The position numbers and the translations under genes are program-made. 64,000 nt of DNA from Lingula anatina (lineage: Eukaryota > Animalia > Brachiopoda): the NCBI GenBank assembly GCA_051362555.1, contig CM120646.1:5828001-5892000 (forward strand). The letters are read 5' to 3'. The notes beneath the pieces are model-generated. The model worked only from the letters and a program-made list of their open reading frames with translations. It did not search any database and was not told the DNA's origin. How positions within the stretch are numbered: position 1 is the first letter of the stretch; every line of letters starts with the position of its first letter. Shown here piece by piece: positions 47,448 through 62,177 of this stretch.

Positions 47448-49899
47448 TTGTTATGTTTTCCTTTACAATTTTTTCTTAAACACTTGCATTTGTGACTTTT
47501 AACTCTCATCCGCTCGAGGCTCTGCACATTTTCTGTATTTCCACATAAGCAATTGTATTATTTTTTATGTCTTTAAACATTATATAAAATTATTTTATGC
47601 ACTGTCATCATTTTTCAAATATTGAGACTTTCATCATGTGACTATAGTCTCTCATGGTCCTGAAACTGTAATCTTATTGAAGGGGTGGATTGAGACCATC
47701 TTCTGGGTCTTCTTGAAGACAGGTTATTAAGTTTATATTGACTGGTATCTATTTTTTTCTGTTGGAAGACCATCAAAATGGAGGATGGATCAACATAGAT
47801 ACTTTGGAATACTGTCAAAAAATATCTCAGGGTCCGCTCCTGTTATTGACCATGTTACCTGTTGTGCATGATTAAAATTCAGTGTTGACTGACAGTGCTA
47901 TTATAAGCATTATTTATTATTGCATCAAAATTGACAAAATGACCTTTTTTTGCATCTTTATTTTCTGTTTTTTGTCTGTACATTTGACAGCTTTGCTGCC
48001 TTGTTTAGAGTTTGGCTAAGCTTGTACACTTTTCAGATCATTTCATTCAGATTTCAGATTGTTAATTTATTCTGGTAGAAAAACTTCAATTTTAGTGTAC
48101 AAGGTGGCAATTTGCACAATACTGTCTTCTTTCCTTTATTTTACATAATCTTCTTGAACAATATAAATAATGACAAAGATTCAGGAAAATAAAAGTCAAG
48201 TTTACAGCAAACTGATACCACATGAATCTAAATAAACGAGTGCTACGTCTTTGTTAAGTATTAGGAAAAATAACCCAGCAATGCCTCTTTCAAAATGTGT
48301 TAAATGTGTAACTGAATATTTCTAAGATCATCCAGGTTACATATCTATAACAGGAAAAAAGGTTATCAGTTAGCTCACCTTCCAATGTTTATCTTTACCG
48401 TCCAAAAAAGAGGTCATTTTAAATTGTTATCAGTATAAGTCAAACATGTTTATTGGGCTCTGCCAACTATCATAGCTCAGTTATCTAGCTTTGACTGACT
48501 ACCGTTTGCCAACAGCAAAGATAAAATTTTACGTAAAAAATCCAATATGAAATGACTGATGTCACCTTTATCTTTAAATTAAATTTACTTTTATCCATCA
48601 ACTAAAATTTTACTAGCTAACCTACTAGTATTTAAGATTTAATTTTCAAAGATTAATATTTTGGTTACTAGCTAAATCAAATACTAAGCAGGCTAGGCTG
48701 TATATATAAACAATACAAATATTGTAATTACTCACAAGCACAACACACCTTACTTTATTTCAATTTTTTCTTTGCCAAGTTTGTGTTACTCAAATTTTTT
48801 ACAAAATGACAGGAAAAAATGTTAAATATATTTAAACAAAACAAAATTTTCTGAGTTTAAAAACAGTTATTACTTAAAAAAAATAAATAAATGAAAATAT
48901 TATGAATCAAGTGTGTTCAAATTTACAGAATGTTTACCATATAACAGTCCCCAGTTCTCAGTTATGTACTGCAGAAAATCAATGCCAGCCAGCTGTTGCT
49001 TAATGAGTAGTCAGTAACAATATACAACAATACCTTGGTTAATTATCAGCAACATTAACCGTGAGATTTTTGGACTAGTACTTAAAAAACTCTGCTTGAA
49101 AGTTAATTCAATTTGATTATCATGTGGAATTTCCACATAATTATGTACTAGAAAGATTCAAACTCTTTGAATGCATATATATTTGAGTTTTTGCCATTTG
49201 ACTCCATTGAAAACAAACATTATATATATATATATATTTCTTTTTCAGAACTAGTGAGCACATATCATGATATGCAATTTTCTATTTCTATTCCCAGAAT
49301 GACCTGAAACATTCCCAAGTTAATCATTAATGAGACATCTAAATTTACTTGTAAACAAATGTCAACAATTTTGTGTTATAACAGCGCAAGCTGCATCTGA
49401 TTCATTGAAATGACACTTAACCTCATAGTATGATGAAATAACTGGTCTCTTTTACACTGTTACTGATATAAAGATAACTTTTCGAGAACTGGGTTATTGC
49501 GAATTATCATCTGAGTCACTATCTGACACACATCCCAGTGACAGCTAGTCAGTGTTGTCGTTTTGAATTAATTTTCATTTTAAAAGAAAGTTCTGTTACA
49601 ATTATTCTTATTTCTGAATAAAATACCCAAAAGAAATTTAAATCTAAATTGTCAAGAAATTTAAATCCTAAATAAAAATCTACTTTCGATATCAATCCAT
49701 GGCCGATTTCTGAGATACTCAAGTTTATGGGCCAAGGGCAAGGTTGTCGTACAAAGGTTCACTAAAACATGTTAAACTTATCACAAATAAAACCATAATC
49801 TTAAACCTATTCTGGGAAATACTTTACGCTACCGATGTCTTGGTTTCTTGAGGTTCTGTGTTTTAAATAAATACTGAAATCTGCCCGACTTGTTTTGTT

Positions 49900-50413
49900 T
49901 ACTTTTTAACTTCCAGGCCACTCAACGTCACAAAATGGTTGATCGCGGTGAAAAAAATTGCAGAAAATCTATATCTTTTGCATTTACGACAGTTGAAATC
50001 ACACAGTCTAACTTACTTTAGTTTTCCTGATCACTTGTTTTATTGGTGACTGTCCTATTGGCTATGTTATAATGTTCAAAAACTAGTAGAATTGCGACTC
50101 GTCAGCAGGATGCAGAAAATATTACAGGCTTTATTTTGGTGCATGACGTCAACTATCTCGTTGAATCTCGTGCCTTGGTAAATGATTAAAAAAATAGTAT
50201 GTACATGCAACTTTGACCAAAGCGTGAATTATATGTAACATATGTAAGGAATTTGTAGTGTTTGTTATTATTTCAAACTAATGGAAATAAAAGCAGTGAA
50301 CTGTGACTTTGACCAGAAGGGTGAAGGTCGTTCTGAGGTCAACCTGTGAAACGCTACATTCGGCTGGCCGCTAGCGAAGATATAATAGTGTTGTTAATTC
50401 AAAAGACACAAAA
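49900..50413. promoter_or_regulatory. Probable divergent promoter region for TAX1BP1-like and GPD1
   Basis: CpG-richer island between head-to-head genes; CRE TGACGTCA near 50144. The TAX1BP1 ATG sits right after an acceptor, so an upstream non-coding exon is required. Confidence 0.45.
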
Positions 50414-53114
50414 ATGACAGAGCCACTAAAAGTAGCCATAGTTGGGTCAGGAAATTGGTAAGTCTTATTAGGTCAAGATTTGAAACGAGATAAATCTAAG
50501 CTGAAAGTGATACACTCAATTTCTAAAAGCATGTCATTTCAACATGCTCTGACTCAGACAGTTCTTGAACTACTTAAACACTGTGAATGTATTTGCTGCG
50601 ATAAAACATGGACAAGAAAGTTTATACATTGACGATTGCCCTAAATTATGGCTGTCAGAGGGCCATAATTAGTATTTATAAATGTTTTACACCGATACAA
50701 TTCACAGTTTTGTAGTAGTGCTAAATCAGCGTACTGTAACAAGACTTTCTCAGACTGCCCATCACCTTCTCGAAAACGTTGATCTGCTACTCAATTCAAG
50801 AATAGGATTCCATCCACAGTAGTGCCCATTAAATACATATTTACCTCACCTAGAAACTGCTGAGTTTACCACTTCAGCTTTGAGCACTTGAAGCTAGGGT
50901 AAAACTGAAGTCGAGCTGTATGCTGGTACTCATAATTAGTAGTACGTGATTGAAGAAATAAAATGCAAGACATGTGATTAATGTTTTTATTTTACAGTAT
51001 ACATTCGCAGAGCAATTAATTTTTAGGAGATTAGTCACACATTCAATTGTTGTCCAAATGTGTGGGTCTCACATGGGATGTGTAAAACTCGGTATATGAG
51101 GCATGTTCACCTACTTTGCCCTTTACATGGAGTTGTTAATAATTAAAAGAAGTTGAATTCAAGAGGAAAATATATAACCAAAGGAAATTGCCATGAAAAG
51201 ACTTCTAACAAATCAAGATTTACTTTACTTTTATAATTTTTCTTTTCTTTTTGTAACAACTTGAAAATAAGATTCAGGAGGTTTTTTAAACATGTTCAGA
51301 AGAGCTGAAAATGCACCAGATTGATGTGCATGGAGAGAATGCCAACCAGAGCACTCTAATTTAATTTGGTACCAGAGTTTTATTTCTAGGTCTAACAAGT
51401 TAATATATGTAAAATAGTCATCTTAATAAGGCATGACATTGAATTCATGTGCCATATGGATATTTTATTAATTTAAAACTTGAATGACATTCAGTATTTC
51501 TGACACATGAAAATTGAAATGTTTGCAGTTTGCACCTCTGATACCTAAACTTGAATCTGGATGCTACTCTGGATTTGGTACAATTTCCCTCAGGATTCAA
51601 GATTCCTAAATTCAATACAGTGTCTGATTTTTCATGAAGATTCTTTTTACTGAATACAGTGTATGATTTCCTTTATCTTAACTAAAAGATAGCAGGGTTG
51701 TCAATCAATTTAAAGCAAATTATGGAAAATCACAGTTACAAATAGGTAGACTGAGACGCTTTATTTATCAACACTTACAGAAATGTACAGCATTGCATTC
51801 TTGCTGATATCTTACTGGCTTAAAGCACAAAATTTATTGATCTGTAAACCAGACAGCATCTATTAATGTGACATTTGAAAGTCTGTCAAAGATGGATGTT
51901 TCAAACTGATAAATCACTGATCCCATGCATTGATTTTTCCCCTTCAAATTGTAGGTTATTATTGCATTAAGGGTTATAGCCCAATTACTACTATTGTAAA
52001 TGGTTCAGCAATGCAACATTTAGTATGGTTCTATTATATTGTTACTAGTACTGTAATAATGTTCAGCAGAGCCTTCTAACCTGTAAGCTTTATTTTAGCA
52101 TCAGATTATATGAAAATACAGATAATAATTATAATAATAGATGTATAATCATAATCTTAAAATTAGCATACTAGTAGGTTCTTACTAAATATGAAATTTG
52201 TGTACCTATGTATTTTATTTTTTTTTTGTTTTAGTCTGAAGTAAATGGGTTTCTCTGATAACTCATAACTAAAGGAGTGTTCAATGATTAATGATGTGCA
52301 ATTTCTGTACCACCTCTCAGGATTAGACATGGGAAGATACCGAGTCCTTAATTAATGCTAAAAAAATACTGCTCTCACATGTCAAAGCATTCATCAGAAT
52401 GGTCATGTCTGAACTGGTGCCAGTGCGGGATAGTGCATATTATACACAATTGACCTTTTAGCCAAGACAAGTATCCTAGTTCTTTCCCAAAGCAAGAAAT
52501 CAGAATGAAGATAGTTTCTCGTCTTACTTTGGTTTTTTGCGGTTCTGTTTTAGATGAATACTGAAATCTCCCCCTTTGATGAAATATAGAAATTACTCAA
52601 ATTGTTTTCATATGAAACGTGCAGAAATGAATTAATGAATTCGGCAAATAAAGACAAAAAGCATTTTTTGGTGAAAGATAAAAATTACTCAGTTTGTTGT
52701 CATATGAACCATGTAATGAATTAATGAATTCGGCATTTAAAGGAAAGAAAGCGTAATTTTTTTAAATTGTTATTATTAGCATGTGCCACGATTAATTAGC
52801 AGTATACGACACAAACGTGACAGGTTTGACATGTGTGTTCTGAATCAGGTGTTGTAAAAAAATAATTAGGTCAGGGGTGGAAACTCATTATGGAGAGCCA
52901 TGATGATGAATTTCACGTAGAAAGGTGTATGGATACAACTTGCTTTGAATGATGAGGCCAATGATGTTGACAATGCACTGAGAGGGAAAACCAGTAAAAA
53001 TACTAACATTCATTTTTATGGAGTATTTCAAGTTTAATTTCAAGCTGCTATGCTCTAAGTACTAGTACTTGTAAATGCTACCTTTTACAGAAACATTTTG
53101 AATTCACACTTGCT

Positions 53115-53162
<48 letters not shown>

Positions 53163-56100
53163 TATTTCTTTCATTTTCAAGTGGAGTTATTATCAGACAA
53201 CTTGACACATCAAAGAATATTATTATAATTTCTTCTTTGATACTATTAAGAATATCTTTAGAACAATTTTATTTGTGTACTGTAGTTTAACTACAACAAA
53301 AATTTTGCAATTCATATGTATTGATTTTAGAACCTGTCATGTTTTACAGATTGATATCTTACATAATGTAATAAATGCTTTTTATTAATTAGGCTATTGC
53401 ACTTTTTTCAGGGGGTCTGCTATAGCAAAGATTGTAGGTCACAATGTTTTGAAAAGTAATGATTTTGCAACAGAAGTAAAGATGTACGTATATGAGGAAA
53501 TGGTGGATGGGAGAAAACTTACAGAAATTATCAACACAGAGCATGAGAATATTAAATATTTGAAAGGTCACAAACTGCCAGAAAATGTGGTAAGTTAGAG
53601 AGTGTTATTCTCTAGTGAGAGTCACATCCTGCCTCCACCCCCCCTCCCACAACCCCTACCACACACACACAAACGTGCATATACCCATAAACGTGTATAT
53701 TTGCAGATGGGGTGGTATATCCCGCCCTTAATATTACATTAAAGGGATAATAACTCTTCGTATGAAATCTATATTTCACAATAAAAACATTGTGAATAAC
53801 TCATAGAAATATAATATATTCTGTTTTACGACGAAAACAGCAGTTATAGCTATTATTCTGATATCTGAGCTTGTCTTCAGATCACGTGACCTCCATTGAT
53901 GGCTATTCTCTGTTATAATCTCTTAAGAGATTTTAACAAAAAACCAAACTTTTTAGAAAAAAACCAGGGACTAACTTTGAATGTAAAAATGGATTCATTA
54001 ACCATTGGTAAGCATGGGAAAATTGTTGTTTACTCCAGGAAAATTCATTTTTTGGCCAAAACGAAGAGTTATTATCCCTTTAACCTTCCATTTCCAAAGA
54101 GTTCGACTAATTCTTTCAGTCATAGCATTAGTTCTATGGTATGATGGTAAATTCAACATAAGGTTGTGTGAGGTCACTTTTATTTCTTCCCTAAATCATG
54201 TGGATGAATTGACCTCAAAGAGAAACAGTCCTGTTGTGTACAGGAGCCAGAATATATGCATGTACATGGTGGAATAATAGGGAAAGAATTCATAGCACAG
54301 TGCAGGAGTGAAGTAATTCACAGGTAGTTCTCTCTGTTCTTTAGGTCTGCTATTCATCATAACCTTGGGCTGGGTGCTGCTTGCCACATGTTCCACACAC
54401 CTGGAAATACATATCCTAGTATTATGTCTATTTCCTGGAGAATATATATATAGATATAACAGAACAAATAAATCAGATAAGGAATTACATCGAGTGATTT
54501 TTCCTTATGCCACAAAGAATTTGTGTGTGTGTGTACTTTTATACATGTATATGTATAGTACTTGTATGTTTATAATCAATGGATATTTAGCCTGTTTTTA
54601 AGGTAAATTAGTCATATTTCAGCAAGAAGAGAACTTCTGTTTGGAATTCTGTGTACTAATTGGATTAAAGAATTGCCTTAGAATCATGGAAATCTGATAT
54701 CTTGAAAGCATCTCAAAGTTGGGCTGATTTAACACACAGTCAGTGTGAGGTCAATATGTTTTATAGGAAATCAATAGAAAGGTGTCAGCTTGGGGAAATA
54801 AATTGCCCCTGGGCCAGTGCTGTGAAATAGGTTTACCTGGAGTAAGTGAGTTGCTTTTGGCATTGATTTATTCCGTTACCCACATTTCTGTTTTTCTTTT
54901 CTATCTAATCAAGAGAACCTCTGATATGGCTGATCTTAGGCTGAACAGTCACGTCTCCCTTGTCTGATGTTCCCCTTATCATAGAAACTAGCAAACCCTG
55001 GGGCCTAAATGAGGTGAAATTTGACCTTGATTGTGAACAACCAATCATATGTCCCCTTGCATGCAGTAACAGGAGAATTCAATCACCAAACTCTGCTGTT
55101 ATTGATTTTCTGCTGGAATGCATTAAAGGTATCCTTTTTAGGATTTTCCCAACAAGTTAAATTTCCTGGAGAAAAAGATTGAAGCAATTTTCTTCTGCTC
55201 AGATATTTTAGCTCAATCATCCCTGCACTTAGGTCCAATGGTGTATGTATACAGTAGTTTGTAGTTCAATAATTTATAGTTCTGAATTACTGGGCCCAAC
55301 CAGCTACTAAGACTGCCATGGCCTGTACATTTTAAAAAGAAATATTGACATCAGATATGTTTATTTGATTTGTTCAGTTGTTTCAAATGTTTAAATTGGG
55401 TAAGATTTAAATAGATTTACAGGATATGTAGAAATATAGAAAATATCACATGAAAATTCTCAGACACAAGCCTAAAATTTTCCGTACCGTTAGCTTACGG
55501 CCAACCTGGTCTAAGGCCTTCATCAGACTTACGTGAGTAGTTGTTCACACTCGTTGACCGCTAGGTGGTATAGCGGCCAGGACCCTCTTATAACTGTCAG
55601 GTAGATAAACCCTCCCCCTCTCCCTATTCATGGGTGGCTGGTGTCGGCTGATGTTGATAGCTTCTCGTATTTTTCGCGGGATGTCGGATGATTCAGATTC
55701 AAGAATCTTAGTTGAATTCCAATCGATACTTTGGCTGGTGTCTATTACATGTTCATGTTTATCAAACAACCAAGCTAATGAACATTTTTGCTCATCACTT
55801 TAGGGCATTTTCAAAAAACCCAGATAGTATACCCTTAAGCTGAATCTGATTTGTAGGTTAACATTTCAATCACAGACATGTTTTATCTAAAGGTGTTAAC
55901 AGGGGTACAGCTACATGTGCTTATGAGCCCCTGTATATAAAATATACATCTAGTATGTTTTTACCTTGTATTATGCATTCAGTGTTAAGCCCAAGTAATT
56001 TGTCTTTATACCAGTATTTCTATTTGGCAAAAATATTTTATGAAAACACTTGCTAATGAACGTAATTATTGTCCAGGTTGCTGTACCAGATGCCAGAGAT

Positions 56101-59100
56101 GCTTGCCGAGAGGCAGACATTCTAATATTTGTGCTGCCACATCAGTTTGTCAGACGTATCTGCAGTAACCTGCAAGGACACATTAAACCAACAGCGGTGG
56201 CCATTTCTCTGATCAAGGTATGGCCCTTACTGATTTTTATAAAGAAGGAAAAATGCTAAAACAAATAACTAAGTTGTACAAATTTAGGACAGGTAGTTGT
56301 TTTTAGTTTTTTATTCATTATGAAAAAATTAGTATTACTTTCCTTTCATCTTTAGCGAAAATTTAAAAAAGGAAAGAGAAATAAAATGAAAATGTTGTAA
56401 TATCCCAGATACTAACTAAACAAGTTGATGAGATGATTGGGAATGTGCTTGCCTTTCAATATAAATGTTTTGTTGTGTTTGTAGGGTTTTGATGTCCATG
56501 ATAAAGGCCTGGAGCTGATCTCAAATGTCGTGCGTACAATGCTCAGTATCGACTGTGCTGTCCTCATGGGGGCAAACATCGCCTCTGAAGTCGCTGGAGA
56601 AAACTATTGTGAAGCTACCATTGGTAATGTATTGTAGAAGACTTACATGGTCTGTCCTTGCTATAATTTCCTCTCTTTGGAATATGATTTAGCAGTATAA
56701 CTGAATCACTTAGCACCAATCATTTTGATTAGATGCACTGGAAATGTTTCTGAAATATTTAGTGATTTAAATGTATTTAATGCCATGTTTTATTTTACAT
56801 TGAATTGGACAATCTGATAAAAAAAAAAGGTTTAGCATGCTGTAATTACTGAAAAAAAATGACATGTCATTTAAATGTGGTATTGCAAGAATGTAAGGGT
56901 GCATTCCCAGAGATTTAGATTTAGATCGACCTAACTCCCTGGGGGGTCACGCTAAATTGCAGTCAGCCGAGCGCGCACCACATTTAATTACCCCCTTACA
57001 GCTTTTAGTAGGCGGGACAGTCGCTTAAGCGGCTAAGCTGACAGTAATCTAGTGAGACTCCCCACAGGGATAGATTGATCTAAAATCTATGGGAATAGGG
57101 TCTTAGTTTCATTCAATACTCAGGCTTACTATGAGATTCTAAGGTATATTTAATGTTGCAAAATTACTTTCTTTTTCCTTCACATTGTTTGGCAACAATT
57201 ATCTATTGAAGATAATCCTTGCAGTAGTGACATCTGTTTTGTCTTCATTTTTCAGGGTGTAAGAAGCCAGACTTTGGCAAGCTGCTAAAGAAGCTCTTCC
57301 AGACAGACTACTTCCGTATTGTGGTAGTAGAGGACGAGATTACAGTGGAGCTTTGTGGAGCACTGAAGGTGAGTGGGGAAAACCTTTCCCCCCCTCTCCA
57401 CAGCCCCCATCCCCCTCACCCCTCAACCCCTGATATCTCCCACATTATGCTGTTGGCCTTTCAACAATTCAGTGATGAAGTAAAGAAAGTAAAAAGAGAA
57501 TCACTGTTTTACATTTGGTGTTGTTTGCAGCCAAATTAGATTGTCATTTGTTGGAAAAATGTCTGATTGCTAGCGTTAGTATTGTGTGACTGCGTTTTTG
57601 TAATGGAAGTCCTCCGAGATGGCCTAAATCGAGGCTGTCAGGACTCTGTGAATCATTTGATATTAGAAAATGAGCCAGAATATGCTTGAGGTGAGTTTCA
57701 TTCATTCATTTTGGTGAACAGCACTTGTTACTGTAACTTTATTTCTCACCCCATTCTCTTCCAAATCTTGTGGAATCTGGTTTAAATCTTGGATGATTCC
57801 CATTTAATGTCTATTGTTATTGTGTTTGTACAATATTGTGTTATGATGATGATAATATTACTATATAGGATACGTTTATCCCAGTTTGTATTAAGTAGTG
57901 TGCTTGTACATATCATTATGTTCTTTCTAAAGATATAAACTAATCAGACTTGGCTATAACAATTGGAAAATTTATTTGATTTTGGCAATCTGTGTTTGTT
58001 CCGATGAAGAATGAATGAATTATCCTACATTCAAAATTAAGGCTTTGAAACTTGACTCCGCCATAACTGTGTTTATATGTAATGATCTAACGCTGAAATA
58101 TATATTTGTAGAATTAAAAAAACTAACAAGAAAAAATTTACAGTTACTGTGACTGAGAATTTCTTTGAAAAAGCAAAAATACTTGAGTTCCTTGGAAGTT
58201 AGTTCTCAAGCAATTTTTGTCAGACGGGCATAAAAATTCTTGATCCAAAGACTGAATAGGTTGTTCAAATTCTTTAGCTTCTGTCAGACGGCAGGCAATT
58301 TGAAAAATAATGACATTTTAATATTGATAGTAATAAAATTTGCTAAATGTTGCTGATATGTCTGAAAATACATGTTGCATGTAGAGTAACATTTGAATGC
58401 CTGTGATGCTTGAAAAGCTCTGATCAGGATGATTTGATGTTAGCTTAAGTCATATGTTAAGTCAGAGAAAATATTGTAGGTAAACATGGAAAAAATTCTT
58501 TAAAGTATTTGTCATGGTGGGAGTGAAAAAAAAAAAGACATTATGCTGTTACTGTTATGAAACATGTTGAACAGAGATGGGAATTTTCCAATTTAAAGAA
58601 TTGTAAGCATTAAGTGTTGAGTTTGCTTAAGGCGGTTGTTTGATTATATTGGAATTGTTAAAAAGGGGTTTTTCAGGGGAAAAAAAGGTAAAATCGGGTG
58701 GGTAGTTGAGGGAGGTCCGTCCTTTTCATTTTCTCTTTTCCCATCTCTGTTATTGTCATACATCAGGTTTACATACAAATATTGTGTCTGTATTTTTTAT
58801 GTATGTATTGTATGTTTATCATTTGTCCTTCAGGAAGCACTTTCCACCATTTACCCCTTTAAAATTGAATGATTGCACATTTTTTACTAGGAATTCAAGT
58901 ATTTTTGATGATAAGTATTTTTGTAGATTTGAAGTTTAGGTTAGCAAGGTTGAGAAGTTTTAACCATTGCCAACCCTGTAACTACTGAAATTTTTTTCTG
59001 TTATTGCATTTTAGGATATCGTCGGCATTTCTGCAGATATTATTGATTGTGTATATAAAAAGCAGGTGCCTGAAGGTGAAAAACCCGACGAGATTTACTA

Positions 59101-60437
59101 TAAAGAAAAAGGGACAGTGGATCATGTCTATCGTGTATGCATATTGTATATTTTTTTTTATCCCTTGTGATGTTGTCTTGCCTGTTTGAATGATCAGAAG
59201 ACTGAAGCATTCAAGTTGTGTGTATTATAGAGTTTGATGCACTCAAGTGTTGCTTCTTACAATATATGTGTAGTTTGTAGTTTTGCATATAGGCTACATA
59301 TATATATATATTTTTTTTGGCTGTATCTTGATGTTTTTGGCAGTAGATAAAATCAAAATTTGTTTCATTTTATTTTTTTTACCATTTATTTATTGCAAGT
59401 TTGTTTTAATAACTTGGTAAAACTCAAGATGGTAAAACTATGGGTTGATTATTATTGTAATGCAACCAAAATTTATTCATTTATTTGAAGAAAACAGTTC
59501 CCATCTGCATTATTTAATAACATGAAAATATACATTCCTGAAGCAATATTTACTGTTTAGACTCAATTTTGATATTCATGCAAATTACAGGCATACACAT
59601 TTTAGAATTAGAATGAGAATTTCAAATTGAATTTTAATTTTTATTCAATTCACTTTTCAATTTTTTTTAAAAGAAAGTCTGATCAAAGAGCAGGGAAGAC
59701 TATCTATAGTTCATGTACCTTGCTAGGTTATATGATTTTTTTTCTCTTAGACCATTTTACATTTTTTTAATATATGAAAGTGTCTCAAATGTATTCTACA
59801 GCATATGATTTTAGGTTTTCTTATAAAAGGACAAAAAAGTGTAAAAAAAAAAAGAAAAACCTTTGGTTGGATAAGGGGCTTCAGCATTATTAAACTTTGC
59901 CATGGAGTTCATTAAATTATATAATCATATTATAGAAGATTCTAAAACCAACGGGTCAAGGATTCTCAGAATTATTTGAGAAACTAACAATACTACAAGG
60001 ACAATACTGCTTGTGATATATAACTGTATCTTTTCAGCACTTTCCTGACTGTTGCATAGCTTTTAGCATTCAAGGGTTTCTGTATTGTATACGTAGGCTG
60101 CAGAATCTGACTGAAGGAGGTGAAAATACCATGATATAGGGGAATTGCCAACTTGTGCAATTTGGGTGATTTACAGTATTCTGGTATTATATTTGTTGGG
60201 AGAAGGGGGCTGCAAAGTGGTAACAAAATACCTGTAGTTTTTCAACATTATTCATGTGATTTACATATGTTTAATATAAATAGGTTTGATTCTAATGATT
60301 ATCTAGAACTTTTTTTTGCCCATCAATCACCATTTATAAAAAGCAAGTTAAATATGTGGAAAAATATTAATCATAATGGCATATGTCTAATGAACTCAAA
60401 CTTTAAGATAAATTTAACTTGTTTAGAACCAAATTAT

Positions 60438-60477
<40 letters not shown>

Positions 60478-62132
60478 GCAACATTACATTTCAAGTCATT
60501 AGTGAGTTTGTTGAAGTTGGGCTAACATCTCTTGCATTTTCTGTCAGTTTCTGCAGCTTCATGTATGAGGGCAACCAGCCACACCATAGCACATTAAATA
60601 TTTGGCCAAGAAAGAGATTTTACATCAACAGTGAAATTGTATAGCATCCATCTTTATACAACCAGAAATAATCATTTTTGAATGAGCTAAATTGTTTCAG
60701 TGATGGGTTAAATTGAATAGTGTGCTAGAGTAAGTCTGGGGCTTTCTCTCACCTTGCATTCTTTTTACTAACTTTCATCCGAGGACATGGCTAGCACGAT
60801 AGATGTGGATGGATCCTTCAGTTCTGACTATTTTGCAATCTCAATTTTTTCCAACTCTTTGGAAGTAGTATTTCCTTCATCTGCGAGTGCTGTGATTTGA
60901 GCAATTTTTGTTTTATATTTAAAATGTGTTTATGTTAGGGTATGTAGTAGCCATTGAAATTGAAATGGACCAAGAGTGGAGATTTATTTACATTTGATAT
61001 AGAGGAAAGTTGGCCTGAAACTATGTTTTTGCAATGAAGCAGGTATTTAAGTTTAGAGATGTTTGGCACTAATATGATATCCATCTACAGGCATCATTGC
61101 AAAACATGACTAATCAAATTACATGTTAAAAAAAGGAATTCTTTCTAGCCATGTGCTGGGATAGACAGTTTCTGCAATGTTTATCACTTGAAAAAACCAG
61201 GATAACTTATTGTGAGGAATTGATATTTATGACCGTATTGCATTCCTGGTTCTAGCTGTGGAAAGTGCTTCCTGGTAATGCTGGTGTTACCATTTATATA
61301 TATTCATGTACACGTTTCTTGCTTTTTGTCTTGCTTTATATTAACATTGTTGTTTTTTCCTTTATTGATTAGCCCTGCTTGTCACTGTTCATTGTTTGAG
61401 TTTTGTTATTTATTTTTTTATATTTATTTATTTATTTATTTGCATGGATCTGATACCTGAAATAATGACTTATTGTGAGGTGCTTTCTTTTCCTAAAAAG
61501 TTCTTAGATCCATTTCAACATATATTAAGCAATTTAACACAGGTCACTATGATAAAGGTTTTGGTTTTATCTACCATATCCTTAACATGGACACTTGCCT
61601 CTACAGGGTATTGTATTGTTATGGAAGTGACGGTGGTTGCATTCAGACCTGCTCTAAATTAAACTGGCAATAGTTTTAATAACATCACCTTCGGCAGGGT
61701 CTGCTTAACAAGGTGCTGCATATTCTGTCAGACTTATTTTCAAGTTTTAAGTAGCGTCAGCCTCTGAACATGCCTTATTATATAATATTGATTACGGATG
61801 TTAGTTGCTGAGATAAGCATTATTCATTGGCACCATGGCCAACATTTGCTTCCCTTTGCTTTATCCTGGGAATAAGCGACACATTTGAGCAGTGAATGTG
61901 GATTAAATGACCTTTTCTTAAACTTGAATATCCTTAGTCATTGATTGAGGACAAGTCTGGGATGGACACCAGAACTAATTTTAACATCTGTGTCTTAGTT
62001 GGAAAAGATTGATGGGCATGCCACTTTGTTTTTTCATTCCGTTACATCTTTTCTCTTTCATTTTATTTCAATTCTGTCCTCTCCAATTTAGTGAAAGACA
62101 GATAACGGCAAGTGCTATTGCTCTTCCCCCCC

Positions 62133-62177
<45 letters not shown>

